The notes under the pieces: generated by a model | Database searches by the model: none | What the model was told of the DNA's origin: nothing | What the model saw: only the letters and a program-made list of their open reading frames with translations | Position numbers and translations under genes: made by a program | Shown here: positions 18,028 to 28,981 of the stretch, piece by piece | Layout of the letters: each line of letters starts with the position of its first letter | Numbering within the stretch: the stretch's first letter is position 1 | DNA from: an uncultured Flammeovirgaceae bacterium | GTDB lineage: Bacteria > Bacteroidota > Bacteroidia > Cytophagales > MED-G16 | Length of the DNA: 58,601 nt | Assembly (NCBI GenBank): GCA_913046795.1 | Contig: CAJWTC010000003.1 | Span: 1 to 58,601 of the forward strand | Reading direction: 5' to 3'

Positions 18028-18411
18028 CTAACCTCTATTTAATTTAGCTTCTATAGATTGAGTTGCATGTGGGACTGCTCTTAATCTTTTTTTATCAATT
18101 AACTTACCAGTGTCTTTACAGATACCGTAAGTCCCGTTTTTAATTCTTATTAAAGCTTTTTCAAGATTATTTATAAATGTTTGCTGCCTTCCTGCAAGTT
18201 GACTTAAGCTTTCTTTTTCCATTGTATCTGCACCATCTTCAAGAGTTTTAAGAGCCCCCTGTGTTGAGTCAGTTCCAGAGAGATTTTTTCTAAGTAGAGA
18301 TTCTTTAATAAAGTCTAGTTCACTTTGGGCATTATCTCTCTTCTCAAGGATAAGTTTTTCAAATTCTTTTAATTCCTTTAAGTTAAATTTTGTTTTTTCT
18401 TTTTTAGGCAT
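18028..18411 (-). CDS. TraR/DksA family transcription factor
   Basis: Coiled coil with acidic tip (EDGAD), then ALIRIKNGTYGIC..TGKLI...RLRAVPHA. Confidence 0.9.
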   Translation of the reverse strand: MPKKEKTKFNLKELKEFEKLILEKRDNAQSELDFIKESLLRKNLSGTDSTQGALKTLEDGADTMEKESLSQLAGRQQTFINNLEKALIRIKNGTYGICKDTGKLIDKKRLRAVPHATQSIEAKLNRG

Positions 18412-18420
18412 AATGCAAAT

Positions 18421-20802
18421 TTAAAGTTTTCTTTTAATTTCTTTAATTTCAAAAGATTCAATTATATCTCCAACCTTTATATCATTATAATCAGCTATAC
18501 TTAAACCGCACTCGTAACCATTTTTAACTTCGTTTACATCATCTTTAAATCTTTTCAGTTGTTTTATTTTTCCAGTATACACAACGATTCCATCTCTTAT
18601 GAGTCTTATCTTATTCTTTCTTAAAATATTTCCATTAGTAACATAGCAACCAGCTATCGTACCTATTTTTGATATTTTATACGTTTCTCTTATTTCTACA
18701 TTTCCTACAATGGATTCCTCTTCTGTAGGTTCTAACATCCCCTCCATTGCACTCTTTATCTCATTTATTGCTTCATAAATAATAGAATATAATCTTATAT
18801 CGATTCCTTCTTTTTCTGCAAGAGATCGAGCACTTTGAGATGGTCTTACCTGGAAACCAATAATTATTGCATCAGAAGCTGAGGCAAGAAGAACATCAGA
18901 TTCTGTAATTTGCCCAACGCCTCTGTGTATTATATTAACTGATATTTCTTCTGAGGATAGTTTTTCCATAGAGTCAGATAATGCCTCAATTGATCCATCA
19001 ACATCACCTTTTAAAATAATATTTAACTCTTTAAAGCTACCTAGAGCCAGTCTTCTTCCAATTTCATCCAGAGTTACATGTTTTTTTGTTCTAAGTTTTT
19101 GTTCTCTAATCAGCTGCTCTCTTTTCGTGGCAATTTCTCTGGCTTCCTTATCAGTATCAAAGACGTTAAATTTATCTCCCGCCTGTGGTGCTCCATTAAG
19201 ACCAAGCATAAGAATTGGTGTTGCTGGTTCTACAGTTTTTTTCTCGGCCCCTCTATGATCAAACAATGCTTTAACTTTTCCATATTGAGAACCAGCAAGT
19301 ACTATGTCTCCTATATTTAACGTTCCTCCTTGCACCATTATTGTAGTAAGGTATCCTCTTCCTTTATCTAGTTCAGATTCAATAACTGTGCCGATAGCTT
19401 TTTTGTTAGGATTAGCTTTTAATTCAAGTAGCTCTGCTTCTAATAATACTTTTTCAAGTAATTCCTCAACTCCTTCACCTGTTTTAGCAGATACTTCCTG
19501 GCACTGATACTTACCACCCCAGTCCTCGACTAGAATATCAATTTTAGATAGGTCTTCTTTAATTTTATTAACGTTTGCGTTTGGAGTATCAATTTTATTT
19601 ATAGCGAATACTATAGGTACTTCCGCAACTTTACTGTGGTTGATTGCTTCTTTTGTTTGGGGCATGACTGTTGAGTCTGCAGCTATAACAATTATAACTA
19701 AATCAGTAATTTTTGCTCCTCTTGCCCGCATTGCGGTAAAAGCTTCGTGCCCAGGTGTATCAAGAAAAGCTATTTTTTGACCACTATCTGTTTGGACATC
19801 ATAAGCTCCAATGTGTTGGGTTATTCCACCAGCTTCACCTTCTGTAACTTTTGACTCTCTGATGAAATCCAATAAGGAAGTTTTACCATGATCAACATGA
19901 CCCATTATTGTAACTATAGGAGCTCTATTTTTCAGCTCACCTTCTTTATCAGGTACTTCTGTAACAACTATTTCTTCTTCTTCTGAGGTTGTGAACTCAA
20001 CCTTATACCCAAACTCTTCAGCAATTATTGTCATTGTCTCAGCATCAAGTCTTTGATTTATCGATACAAACATTCCAATCTCTAAATATTTTGATATTAC
20101 ATCATTAACACTTACATCCATTAATTTTGCAAGGTCGTTAGCTGAAATAAATTCAGTTACTTTTAATACTTTTGACTCCTCCTCAAGTTTTATCTTTTCT
20201 TCTTCTATGGCTTCTGCATGTTGTGACCTTTTCTCTTTCCTATATTTTGATCTCTTGGTGTCAGAATCTTTTGTTCCACTTAACTTTGCAAGGGTAGACT
20301 TAATTTGATTTTGAATTTCTTTATTTTTTTTATCTTGATCTTCTTGGTTAACTTTTTTAGTATCGTTATTTTTATTAGAGATAATCCTTTTCCTTGGCCT
20401 TCTTTTCTTTTTAGATTGGTCTGATGAAGCAACTCTATTCTTCGTCTCTCCTAGATCAATTTTTTTAATTATTTTGATCTTGCTTACTTCTTTTTTTTCT
20501 TCTTTTTTTTCTTCTTTTTTCTCTTCAATTTTTACCTTATCATTTTCCTTTACACCAACACTCTCAACTTTTTCTATAAATGACTTTTTCTCCTCAAGCC
20601 CTATTTTAATATTTGAGGCAACTTTTTTTTCAACAGCTGAATCTTGAAATGCATTTTCTAGTAATGAAAAGAGTTCTTCATTAATTTTTGTATTTGGATT
20701 AGAATCAATTTCAAATCCTTTACTCTGAAGAAATTCTATTATGGTATTCCTTCCTACATTTAATTTTCTGGCTACCTGGCCTAATCTAATTTGTTTAGAC
20801 AT
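18421..20802 (-). CDS. infB: Translation initiation factor IF-2
   Basis: [24 protein letters not shown] and [16 protein letters not shown] motifs. Confidence 0.98.
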   Translation of the reverse strand: MSKQIRLGQVARKLNVGRNTIIEFLQSKGFEIDSNPNTKINEELFSLLENAFQDSAVEKKVASNIKIGLEEKKSFIEKVESVGVKENDKVKIEEKKEEKKEEKKEVSKIKIIKKIDLGETKNRVASSDQSKKKRRPRKRIISNKNNDTKKVNQEDQDKKNKEIQNQIKSTLAKLSGTKDSDTKRSKYRKEKRSQHAEAIEEEKIKLEEESKVLKVTEFISANDLAKLMDVSVNDVISKYLEIGMFVSINQRLDAETMTIIAEEFGYKVEFTTSEEEEIVVTEVPDKEGELKNRAPIVTIMGHVDHGKTSLLDFIRESKVTEGEAGGITQHIGAYDVQTDSGQKIAFLDTPGHEAFTAMRARGAKITDLVIIVIAADSTVMPQTKEAINHSKVAEVPIVFAINKIDTPNANVNKIKEDLSKIDILVEDWGGKYQCQEVSAKTGEGVEELLEKVLLEAELLELKANPNKKAIGTVIESELDKGRGYLTTIMVQGGTLNIGDIVLAGSQYGKVKALFDHRGAEKKTVEPATPILMLGLNGAPQAGDKFNVFDTDKEAREIATKREQLIREQKLRTKKHVTLDEIGRRLALGSFKELNIILKGDVDGSIEALSDSMEKLSSEEISVNIIHRGVGQITESDVLLASASDAIIIGFQVRPSQSARSLAEKEGIDIRLYSIIYEAINEIKSAMEGMLEPTEEESIVGNVEIRETYKISKIGTIAGCYVTNGNILRKNKIRLIRDGIVVYTGKIKQLKRFKDDVNEVKNGYECGLSIADYNDIKVGDIIESFEIKEIKRKL
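20491..20526 (-). repeat. 3 x 12-bp in-frame repeat (EEKK)3 in the IF-2 N-terminal linker
   Basis: Read directly; protein [14 protein letters not shown]. Confidence 0.8.
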
Positions 20803-20811
20803 AATTAATTA

Positions 20812-22053
20812 TTACTCAAATTCTTTTTTAAGTGTATTAATAACTTCTTCGACAGTATTTTCTTCAAGATCAGCTCTTTTAACTAATTCGCTTTTATCAA
20901 GGTTTAAAACTGCTTTTGCAGTATCAAGACCTATTCTTTTTAATTCATCAATTATCCAATTTTCTATTTCATCTGAGAACTCATCTAAATCAACATCTTC
21001 TTCCTGAGATTCATCTAATTCTCTAAAAACATCGATCTCCATCTCAAGTAACCTACTTGCCAATTTTATATTTTGGCCCCCTTTTCCTATCGCAAGGGAT
21101 ACTTGGTCAGGTTTAAGATAGACAGAGACTCTTTTTTCTTCATTATCTATCTTCATGCTTGTTATTTTTGCAGGGCTGAGAGCTCTAGTTATATAAAGCT
21201 CTTGATTATCAGTGAAATTAATAACATCTATATTTTCATTCTGCAACTCTCTAACTATTGAGTGAATTCTCGAGCCGTTCATACCAACACAGGCCCCAAC
21301 TGGATCAATCCTGTCGTCATACGACTCTACACAAATTTTTGCTCTTTCTCCAGGTTGTCTAACAGCCTTTTTAATAGTGATTAATCCATCAGAAATTTCA
21401 GGAACTTCATTCTCAAATAACTTTTCAAGAAAAAGGGGACTGGTTCTAGATAGTGTTATTTTAGGATTTCCTCTAAACATTTCAACACTAGTTACAACAC
21501 CTCTTAATGCGTCTCCTTTTCTATATTTGTCTTTAAATATCTGCTCAGATCGAGGTAGAGATATTTCATTCCCTTCTACATCAACAAGTAAAACCTCTCT
21601 GCTTAATGTTTGATAAATTTCTCCTGTTATGACTTCACCTACAAGATCTTCATATTTATTTATTATAACCTCTTTCTCTAGGTCTTTTACTCTTTGTATA
21701 AGTGTTTGTTTAGCAAGGATCACTGCTCTTCTTCCAAAATCTTTGATTTTTATTTCTTCAGCTACCTCATCTCCTATTTCAAAATCTTCTTCTATTTTCT
21801 TAGCATCAGATAGGGTAATTTTATCAAAGTCCCATATATCTTCAGAGTTATCATCAACAATTTCTCTAAATCTCATAATTTCTAGATCGCCTTTATCAGC
21901 ATTAATTACAATATCAAAGTTTTCATCATATTCAAATTTTTTTTTTATCATAGCCCTAAAAACATCTTGTAATATTCTTATCATTGTTGGCCTATCAACG
22001 TTCTTCTGTTTAGCAAATTCTGTAAATGTTTGTATAAGTACTCTTGTGTCCAT
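20812..22053 (-). CDS. nusA: Transcription termination/antitermination factor NusA
   Basis: FGRRA, DPVGACVGMNGSRI and LAIGKGGQNIKLA motifs. Likely start ATG 22053 (MDTRVLI). Confidence 0.97.
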   Translation of the reverse strand: MDTRVLIQTFTEFAKQKNVDRPTMIRILQDVFRAMIKKKFEYDENFDIVINADKGDLEIMRFREIVDDNSEDIWDFDKITLSDAKKIEEDFEIGDEVAEEIKIKDFGRRAVILAKQTLIQRVKDLEKEVIINKYEDLVGEVITGEIYQTLSREVLLVDVEGNEISLPRSEQIFKDKYRKGDALRGVVTSVEMFRGNPKITLSRTSPLFLEKLFENEVPEISDGLITIKKAVRQPGERAKICVESYDDRIDPVGACVGMNGSRIHSIVRELQNENIDVINFTDNQELYITRALSPAKITSMKIDNEEKRVSVYLKPDQVSLAIGKGGQNIKLASRLLEMEIDVFRELDESQEEDVDLDEFSDEIENWIIDELKRIGLDTAKAVLNLDKSELVKRADLEENTVEEVINTLKKEFE

Positions 22054-22063
22054 AATATTTTTC

Positions 22064-22088
22064 AAAAAAAATGGGGACAAATGTCCCC
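22064..22088 (-). terminator. Intrinsic terminator-like hairpin in the nusA 5' leader
   Basis: Minus strand reads GGGGAC-ATTT-GTCCCC-A-T8, between the promoter and the start codon. Confidence 0.7.
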
Positions 22089-22109
22089 GCTTCCATTTAA
22101 ATTAGTATG

Positions 22110-22140
22110 CAAACTTAACTTTTTTTAGAAAGAAGACAAA
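22110..22140 (-). promoter_or_regulatory. Bacteroidota housekeeping promoter for nusA-infB
   Basis: Minus strand TTTG (22140-22137), 19-nt spacer, TAAGTTTG (22117-22110). Confidence 0.75.
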
Positions 22141-22157
22141 CTTTGTGATATAAATCT

Positions 22158-23627
22158 GTGAAATTGAAAACAAACTCACTTAAAATTTTTAATTCATTAG
22201 GCAAAAAGAAACAAGCTTTTAAGTCAATTAATAAGGATAAGGTTCTAATGTATGTTTGTGGACCTACGGTATATGATCTATTACATGTTGGGAATTTTAG
22301 GGGTCCCGTATTTTTTAATTTTCTTAGAAATTGGTTAGAACACTTAGGATATAAGGTTGAGTATGTATATAACTATACTGATATAGATGATAAAATTATA
22401 AATAAATCAAATCAGGAAAATAAATCTACAAAAGAGGTATCAGAAAAGTTTATAAATGAATTTAAGAAAGATTATGATTCGCTTAAAATAACAAGACCAA
22501 CTAAAACACCAAAGTGTACAGAACATATTGATGATATCATAAATTTTATCCAAGGATTAATTAAAAAAAAATCTGCTTACTCATCTGAAGGCAGTGTGTT
22601 TTTTTCAATTGATAAATTTAATGGTTACGGTAAACTATCTGGTAAAAAACCAGAGGATCTGCTAGCCGGCCATAGAGTTGAGGTTAATAGTAATAAAAAA
22701 AACCCAATGGATTTTGTTTTATGGAAGCCTTCTAAGGACAAAGAACCAGGATGGAATTCACCTTGGGGGTTTGGAAGACCAGGCTGGCATATAGAATGCT
22801 CAGCTATGTGTAACAAAATTTTAGGACCAAGAATAGATATTCATGGAGGAGGTGCTGATTTACTCTTTCCTCACCATGAAAATGAAATTGCACAATCTGA
22901 ATCAAACTTTTCTAATCAATTTTCTAATTTTTGGGTCCATAATAATCTTATAAATTTTGATAATCAAAAGATGTCTAAGTCTTTAGGAAATATTATAAAG
23001 GCAAGAGATTTCATAGAAGATAATAGCGCAGAGATATTTAAGTTTATAATTCTCAGTGTTCATTATAGATCAATTTTAAATTTTAATGACAAAATTATTA
23101 ATCAGACAATCAATAATCTTTTTAAAATTTATTCTTCTCTTAAACTTTCATCTGAAATAAATAATTCAGAGATAGATGCCGCATATGTAAAAGAGTACGA
23201 AAATTATTTTACTCTTAAAAAAGAAGAAATAGATTCTTATATAAATAATGATTTCAATACTCCAGGAGCATTCGCAGTTATATTTGATATAATTAAAAAG
23301 TTCAACCTTTTAACTGTAAATAAACAATTAAGTTCAGAAATTAAATATTTTTCAATCCATTTTGATAAATTTTTTAATTTGTATGGAGGAATTTTAGGTT
23401 TATTCCAGGAAAATAGAAAAGATTTTATTGATAGTTTAAATAATTTGTTATTAAAATCTAAAGAAATTTCAGAACAATTTATTTTATCTAAAATCACAGA
23501 AAGAAACCATGCTAGAAAAGAAAAAGATTTTAAATTATCAGATACAATACGAGATGATCTTATGAATTTGGGTATAGAGTTAAAGGATAACCCTGATAGC
23601 ACAACAAGTTGGTACATAAAAATATAG
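22158..23627 (+). CDS. cysS: Cysteine--tRNA ligase
   Basis: MYVCGPTVY, HVGN (HIGH), GRPGWHIECSAM, DIHGGG, FPHHENE and KMSKS motifs. Confidence 0.98.
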   Translation: MKLKTNSLKIFNSLGKKKQAFKSINKDKVLMYVCGPTVYDLLHVGNFRGPVFFNFLRNWLEHLGYKVEYVYNYTDIDDKIINKSNQENKSTKEVSEKFINEFKKDYDSLKITRPTKTPKCTEHIDDIINFIQGLIKKKSAYSSEGSVFFSIDKFNGYGKLSGKKPEDLLAGHRVEVNSNKKNPMDFVLWKPSKDKEPGWNSPWGFGRPGWHIECSAMCNKILGPRIDIHGGGADLLFPHHENEIAQSESNFSNQFSNFWVHNNLINFDNQKMSKSLGNIIKARDFIEDNSAEIFKFIILSVHYRSILNFNDKIINQTINNLFKIYSSLKLSSEINNSEIDAAYVKEYENYFTLKKEEIDSYINNDFNTPGAFAVIFDIIKKFNLLTVNKQLSSEIKYFSIHFDKFFNLYGGILGLFQENRKDFIDSLNNLLLKSKEISEQFILSKITERNHARKEKDFKLSDTIRDDLMNLGIELKDNPDSTTSWYIKI

Positions 23628-23628
23628 T

Positions 23629-24192
23629 TTAAACTCCCTCTGCAACGACTTCTTTAACTTCTGGAATAAATCTTTTTAAGAGTTTCTCGATACCAGACTT
23701 AAGCGTTATCATAGATGATGGGCATCCACTACATGCACCTTGTAATGCTACCTTAACTGTACCTTTTTCAAATGATTCAAATTGAATTGCGCCACCATCT
23801 TGCTCAACTGCTGGCTTAATATATTCTTCTAGAATTTGAATTATTTTTTTATCAATATCTTTAAGCGACTTACTTTCTTCTTTTTTATTTATGGAGTTGT
23901 TTATTATTTTTCCTTCTTCCTCAATAAATTTTTTTATAAAGTTTCTAAGTTCAAGTTTAACTTCATCCCAGTCTACCAAATCATTTTTTGTAATAGTTAT
24001 GAAATTACTCATTATAAATACTCTCTCAATGTACTTAAATTCAAATAATGCCATAGCAATTGGAGACTCTACAGCGCTTTTTGCATTTGGATAGTCTTTA
24101 ATTTCATTATTTGATAAAAGCATTCTGTCAGCCACAAACTTAAGTGAGTTTGGGTTTGGGTTTGCTTCAACATATATATTAACATTACTCAT
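23629..24192 (-). CDS. NifU/Nfu-family Fe-S carrier protein
   Basis: N-terminal EANPNPNSLKF scaffold domain and C-terminal DGG...GACSGCPSS. Confidence 0.93.
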   Translation of the reverse strand: MSNVNIYVEANPNPNSLKFVADRMLLSNNEIKDYPNAKSAVESPIAMALFEFKYIERVFIMSNFITITKNDLVDWDEVKLELRNFIKKFIEEEGKIINNSINKKEESKSLKDIDKKIIQILEEYIKPAVEQDGGAIQFESFEKGTVKVALQGACSGCPSSMITLKSGIEKLLKRFIPEVKEVVAEGV

Positions 24193-25477
24193 TTTCTTGA
24201 ATATACTTTATTTTTTCTCCTTCACTAGACGCAACTACACTGGCTACGGTTGCATCCCCTGTAACATTTACTATTGTTCTACACATATCGAGTGGTCTAT
24301 CGATAGCAATAATTAATGCGAGACCCTGTGGATCAATACCTATAGCTCCAAGAACAATGACTAACATAATGAGACCGGCTCCAGGAACTGCTGCTGCACC
24401 TATCGATGATAGGGTAGCAGTTAAAACAATAACCATTTGGTCAGCAAGTGTCAGATCTTGCCCAAAAGCTTGTGCAATAAAAACTGCTGAAATTGCTTGA
24501 TGTATACTTGTTCCATCCATATTTATTGTTGCTCCCAATGGACAAACAAAACTTGTAACTTCTTCTGATACATTAAGATTTTTTTCAACTCTTTTCATTG
24601 TAACAGGTAAAGTTGCAGCACTTGAGCTTGTTGAGAAAGCTAACATCTGTGCTGGAAAAATAGCCTTAAAGAAACTTTTAATATTTACTCCTGTAACAAA
24701 ATAAATTATGAGAGGATAAAAAACAAAAACCATAAAAGCTAACCCTATTAATACAGTTATTGCATAGAATAAAAGTGGTTTTAGTGTAGTTATTATATTA
24801 TTTGGATCATCGCCAGCCAGATCTACTATTAAACCAGCTAGTAAAGCAAATACTCCAATCGGAGCATACTCCATTATTATTTCTACAATCTTAATTATTA
24901 TCTCATTTAGGCCATCAAAAGCTTTTTTTATTGGTTCGGATTTTTTTTGTGAAGATAAAACCAACGCGACACCAAATAAGATGGAAAAAAATATTATTTG
25001 TAACATGTTCTTGTTGTTACTAGCTGAATGGAAAAAGTTATCAGGGACAACATCTACCATCATTTGTAGTGGACCAGATTCTTTAACACCCTCTGCGCTT
25101 GTAATCTTCATATTCGCATCAGAAGCATATTTTTCTTTAAGCTCTGCAGTTTTTTCTTCTGGAAAGTATTCACCTGGCTCAAGGGTATTAGCTAAGATAA
25201 GTGCTAATATTATTGCTGAAATAGTTGTTAGGACATATATACCAAATGTTTTCCCTCCAATTCTGGATAATTTTGATGTGTCTCTTAAATTAGAAATTCC
25301 AGATACCAATGATACAAAAATCAAGGGAACAGCAACTAATTTTAACATTTTAACAAAAACTGTACCAAAAGGCATAACCCAGTCTGTAATAAAATTACCT
25401 ATACCAATAAAAACAGATGTGACTCCTACTATTAGACCTAATATTAACCCAAGAATAATTTTATTATGAAGTGGCAT
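24185..25477 (-). CDS. Dicarboxylate/amino acid:cation symporter (GltP/GltT family)
   Basis: AFSTSSSAATLP, PLGATINMDGT and DMCRTIVNVTGD motifs. Confidence 0.95.
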   Translation of the reverse strand: MPLHNKIILGLILGLIVGVTSVFIGIGNFITDWVMPFGTVFVKMLKLVAVPLIFVSLVSGISNLRDTSKLSRIGGKTFGIYVLTTISAIILALILANTLEPGEYFPEEKTAELKEKYASDANMKITSAEGVKESGPLQMMVDVVPDNFFHSASNNKNMLQIIFFSILFGVALVLSSQKKSEPIKKAFDGLNEIIIKIVEIIMEYAPIGVFALLAGLIVDLAGDDPNNIITTLKPLLFYAITVLIGLAFMVFVFYPLIIYFVTGVNIKSFFKAIFPAQMLAFSTSSSAATLPVTMKRVEKNLNVSEEVTSFVCPLGATINMDGTSIHQAISAVFIAQAFGQDLTLADQMVIVLTATLSSIGAAAVPGAGLIMLVIVLGAIGIDPQGLALIIAIDRPLDMCRTIVNVTGDATVASVVASSEGEKIKYIQENE

Positions 25478-25483
25478 AATTAT

Positions 25484-26554
25484 TTAACTTTTATTTTGTA
25501 GATATAAATCAACAATTACATTAGCAGCCATACTTTCTACTATAGGCACTGCCCTTGGCACTACACAGGGGTCATGTCTTCCCTTGCCCTTTAAAGTTAC
25601 TACCTTATTTTTTGAATCAACACTTTTTTGATCCTTCATGATAGTAGAGACTGGTTTAAATGCTACATTGAAGTATATATCTTCACCATTACTTATTCCA
25701 CCTTGTATCCCCCCAGAAAAATTTGATTTTGTAGAAATTTCTCCCTTTTCAGATAGTTCAAATTCATCGTTATGATCCGAACCATTCATTTTAGCCCCAT
25801 TGAATCCACTTCCATATTCAAAACCTTTTACTGCATTTATTGATAACATTGCTTTACCTAATTCTGCATGTAGTTTGTTAAATATAGGCTCTCCAATTCC
25901 TACTGGACACCCTTGAATGATACATGTTATGATACCTCCAACTGTATCAAGACTTTTTCTGGTATCATCAATAAGATCAATAAATTTATTAGCAAAAGAT
26001 GGATCGGGACATCTTACAATATTTTTTTCTGAGTTATCTAAATTTAATTTTGAATAGTGAGTAGTCATACTAATATTTCCTACTTGTGATACATAAGCAT
26101 TAATTTTTACATTTAACTTCTTTAATATTTGTTTTGCTATTGCACCAGCTGCAACCCAATTAGCTGTTTCTCTTGCAGAACTTCTACCTCCTCCTCTGTG
26201 ATCTCTATTCCCATATTTTTTAAAATATGTGTAATCTGCATGAGAGGGTCTAAAAGATTCTGAGATATGTTTGTAATCACTACTTCTTTGATCTTTATTT
26301 TTAATTTGTAAGCTTATTGGTGCTCCGGTAGATTTACCTTCAAATATTCCTGATAAAACCTCCACTAAATCTTTTTCTTTCCTTGGCGTTGTTATTTTTG
26401 ATTGACCGGGTTTCCTTCTATCTAACTCACTTTGTATATAATCCGTATCTATCTCAACTCCAGGTGGACACCCGTCTATGATAACACCTATAGATTTTCC
26501 GTGCGATTCACCATAGGTTGATATTTTATATATTTTTCCAAATGTATTACCCAT
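25484..26554 (-). CDS. aroC: Chorismate synthase
   Basis: [21 protein letters not shown] and GRHDPCV motifs. Confidence 0.98.
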   Translation of the reverse strand: MGNTFGKIYKISTYGESHGKSIGVIIDGCPPGVEIDTDYIQSELDRRKPGQSKITTPRKEKDLVEVLSGIFEGKSTGAPISLQIKNKDQRSSDYKHISESFRPSHADYTYFKKYGNRDHRGGGRSSARETANWVAAGAIAKQILKKLNVKINAYVSQVGNISMTTHYSKLNLDNSEKNIVRCPDPSFANKFIDLIDDTRKSLDTVGGIITCIIQGCPVGIGEPIFNKLHAELGKAMLSINAVKGFEYGSGFNGAKMNGSDHNDEFELSEKGEISTKSNFSGGIQGGISNGEDIYFNVAFKPVSTIMKDQKSVDSKNKVVTLKGKGRHDPCVVPRAVPIVESMAANVIVDLYLQNKS

Positions 26555-28010
26555 TCCTATTATAAATTATAAATGTTGATGTTATAATTACTAAAGTAAT
26601 AATAATAATACTTAGAAAATTACTATTTAATAAGTGTTTTTTATTCTCTTTTAGTTCATTTGATTGATCTTTAATGAATTCAATAAAACTTTTAGACTCT
26701 TTATTTACTATTATGTTTTCCTTTTTTTTATCACCATATGAATTAATGATTGTTTTAGATTTTAGGGTATCATAATCTTTCAATTGACTATTAAAAAATA
26801 TCCAATTTATTTTTTTTGAAAAGTCATATTCTCCTGGTTCAATAGGAATGCCATAGTAACTATATTTTTTAGACCCATAAACTTTTCCTCTCTCCCTATT
26901 AATTATTTGTTCTGAATTAGGTGGGTAAAAATCAATGTTATTTAAATCAATCGATGGCTCATTTATTGCTGAAATATTTCCCTCTCCAACTATCTCAAAT
27001 ATATAGTTAAAACTATTTCCAGTTTCTACTCTTTCTGAATCAATACTTTCTCTAAGTTTAAAGTTCCCTACCACAACGTTATCTTTTAGGGGGTGATCAG
27101 GTAATTTTTTAACATTAACTGATATTGGTTTTGAATAAAATTTTTCATAATCTTCAATCTTATTCCTACCAAAAAAAGAAGGTCTTTTTGATACTTTATA
27201 TTTAATAAGTTCTAAATCTAAACTTGGAAAGTTGATGGGCTCATCATTAAATGGATAATATGTGGCTTGAAAAATTTTATATTGATTATACCTTTTATTA
27301 TTGATCTCAACAGGTATACTATTTATATTTTCAATATTAAAGTTTTCCTCCCAGCAGTTTCCTGGTTTAATTTTTTTTAGAATTTCTGTAAGCTGCCTAC
27401 CAAGTTCATAAAATCTCATATCCGCTACATTACTTTCGCTAACATAAAATGCTAAAGTAGTATTGAACCCTTCACCAACAAAGATATCTTTTTTGTCTGT
27501 AGTTAGGCTAAGGAATGCATCTGCCTCAACCTCATAGAATTCATCGTTATTTCTGTCAAAAAAATTGTCAAATGGATCATCAAATGGATCAAAAAAATTA
27601 TTTAACGGATTATTTCTATTCGTTCCAGTTGGCTTCTCAACCAATATTGATTTTCCCTTCACATTTATATTTTTATTATTTATTTCTATATCAAAATCAG
27701 GAATGATAAAAGTTCCCTCTTCTTGTGAAATATAGTTTTGAATAATACTTTGGGAAGATGACATCTTCCCATTTATAAAATTTGTAGAGCTAGATGAAGA
27801 AATCCCCCCCTTAATAAAGCCATTTATCTCAGGAAATGAGCTATAATTTTTGATTTGATCATTTTTTATGGACAATGTAATTTGCAGGTCACGACCTAAC
27901 TGAACTCTTTCAGGTTCTATTGAAACACTTACTTCTTGGGCATATACGCTAATTAAAGCAAACGTTTTTAACAATAAAATTTTTATAAACTTTTTTAAAA
28001 ACACTATCAA
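26547..28010 (-). CDS. BatD family protein
   Basis: Signal peptide, [14 protein letters not shown]..., GEGNI and a C-terminal TM anchor. The exact start is uncertain. Confidence 0.78.
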   Translation of the reverse strand: MIVFLKKFIKILLLKTFALISVYAQEVSVSIEPERVQLGRDLQITLSIKNDQIKNYSSFPEINGFIKGGISSSSSTNFINGKMSSSQSIIQNYISQEEGTFIIPDFDIEINNKNINVKGKSILVEKPTGTNRNNPLNNFFDPFDDPFDNFFDRNNDEFYEVEADAFLSLTTDKKDIFVGEGFNTTLAFYVSESNVADMRFYELGRQLTEILKKIKPGNCWEENFNIENINSIPVEINNKRYNQYKIFQATYYPFNDEPINFPSLDLELIKYKVSKRPSFFGRNKIEDYEKFYSKPISVNVKKLPDHPLKDNVVVGNFKLRESIDSERVETGNSFNYIFEIVGEGNISAINEPSIDLNNIDFYPPNSEQIINRERGKVYGSKKYSYYGIPIEPGEYDFSKKINWIFFNSQLKDYDTLKSKTIINSYGDKKKENIIVNKESKSFIEFIKDQSNELKENKKHLLNSNFLSIIIITLVIITSTFIIYNRNG

Positions 28011-28063
28011 ATTTAACTATCTATTAACTTTTAACTCACTAAAAAAAATTAAAAAAAGTTAAA

Positions 28064-28981
28064 TTAATTTGATGCCTTTATGTTTCTGATTATTCCTTGA
28101 TATTTGGACCTCTTCACAGCGGAACCTTCAAAAATTCTATTAAATGTTTCTTCTGTTAATTCTATCCAATCACTTTTTTTTAAAGAGCTTAACTCATCAT
28201 TAGGAATAAATTTTTTTTCATTATGAGGTTTTGAAAACTTATTCCAAGGACAAACATCTTGACATATGTCACATCCAAAAATCGCATCGTTAAGATTATT
28301 TTTTAATTCGTCAGGAATTTGATTTTTATTTTCAATAGTTAGGTAAGAGATACATTTATTTGCATTTATAACTTGTGCTGATGTTATAGCATCTGTTGGG
28401 CATGCATCTATGCATTTTGTGCATTTACCACACCTATTTTTTGCAGGTGAATCATAATCTAACTCAAGGTCACAAATTATTTCAGCTAAAAAAAAATAGC
28501 TTCCTCTCTTTTCATTTATGAGCAAAGAATTTTTACCAATCCAACCTAATCCTGATAATTTAGCCCATGCCCTCTCGTGTACAGGTGCAGAGTCAACGAA
28601 AACCCTTCCTTCAACTGCTCCTATTTTTTCTTTTATAAATTGAAATAGCTTTTTTAATTTTTTTCTGATAACGTTATGATAGTCTTTACCATAAGCATAT
28701 TTTGATAATATAAAATTATTTTTTTGTTCTATTTTTTTTTGAGGATAATAATTATAGCTTAATGATATTACTGACTTTGATCCAGGAACAAGTTTTCTTG
28801 GGTCTAACCTTTTATCTAAATTTCTTTCTAAGTAACTCATGGATCCTTGATACCCGTTGGATAACCATTTTTCAAAATTATCTTCTTCCTCATGTAGATG
28901 TCTTGACTTTGAAATACCACAGCTAGTAAATCCTAAGTCTTTAGCTTTATTTTTAATTAGCTCAGTATTTTTTTTACTCAT
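28064..28981 (-). CDS. queG: tRNA epoxyqueuosine reductase
   Basis: YAYGKDYH, VDSAP, CGKCTKCIDACPT and GCDICQDVCPWN motifs. Confidence 0.96.
   Translation of the reverse strand: MSKKNTELIKNKAKDLGFTSCGISKSRHLHEEEDNFEKWLSNGYQGSMSYLERNLDKRLDPRKLVPGSKSVISLSYNYYPQKKIEQKNNFILSKYAYGKDYHNVIRKKLKKLFQFIKEKIGAVEGRVFVDSAPVHERAWAKLSGLGWIGKNSLLINEKRGSYFFLAEIICDLELDYDSPAKNRCGKCTKCIDACPTDAITSAQVINANKCISYLTIENKNQIPDELKNNLNDAIFGCDICQDVCPWNKFSKPHNEKKFIPNDELSSLKKSDWIELTEETFNRIFEGSAVKRSKYQGIIRNIKASN

Noticed and set aside
18028-18411. DksA-family protein with only one Cys instead of a four-Cys zinc finger
   Set aside because: As recalled, this zinc-free form is usual for Bacteroidota homologues.
20491-20526. 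(EEKK)3 repeat in IF-2 as a functional element
   Set aside because: Lies in the known variable, charged N-terminal linker.
28011-28063. AT-only inverted repeats between queG and the BatD-family gene as a terminator
   Set aside because: Weak A/T pairing expected by chance in this composition.
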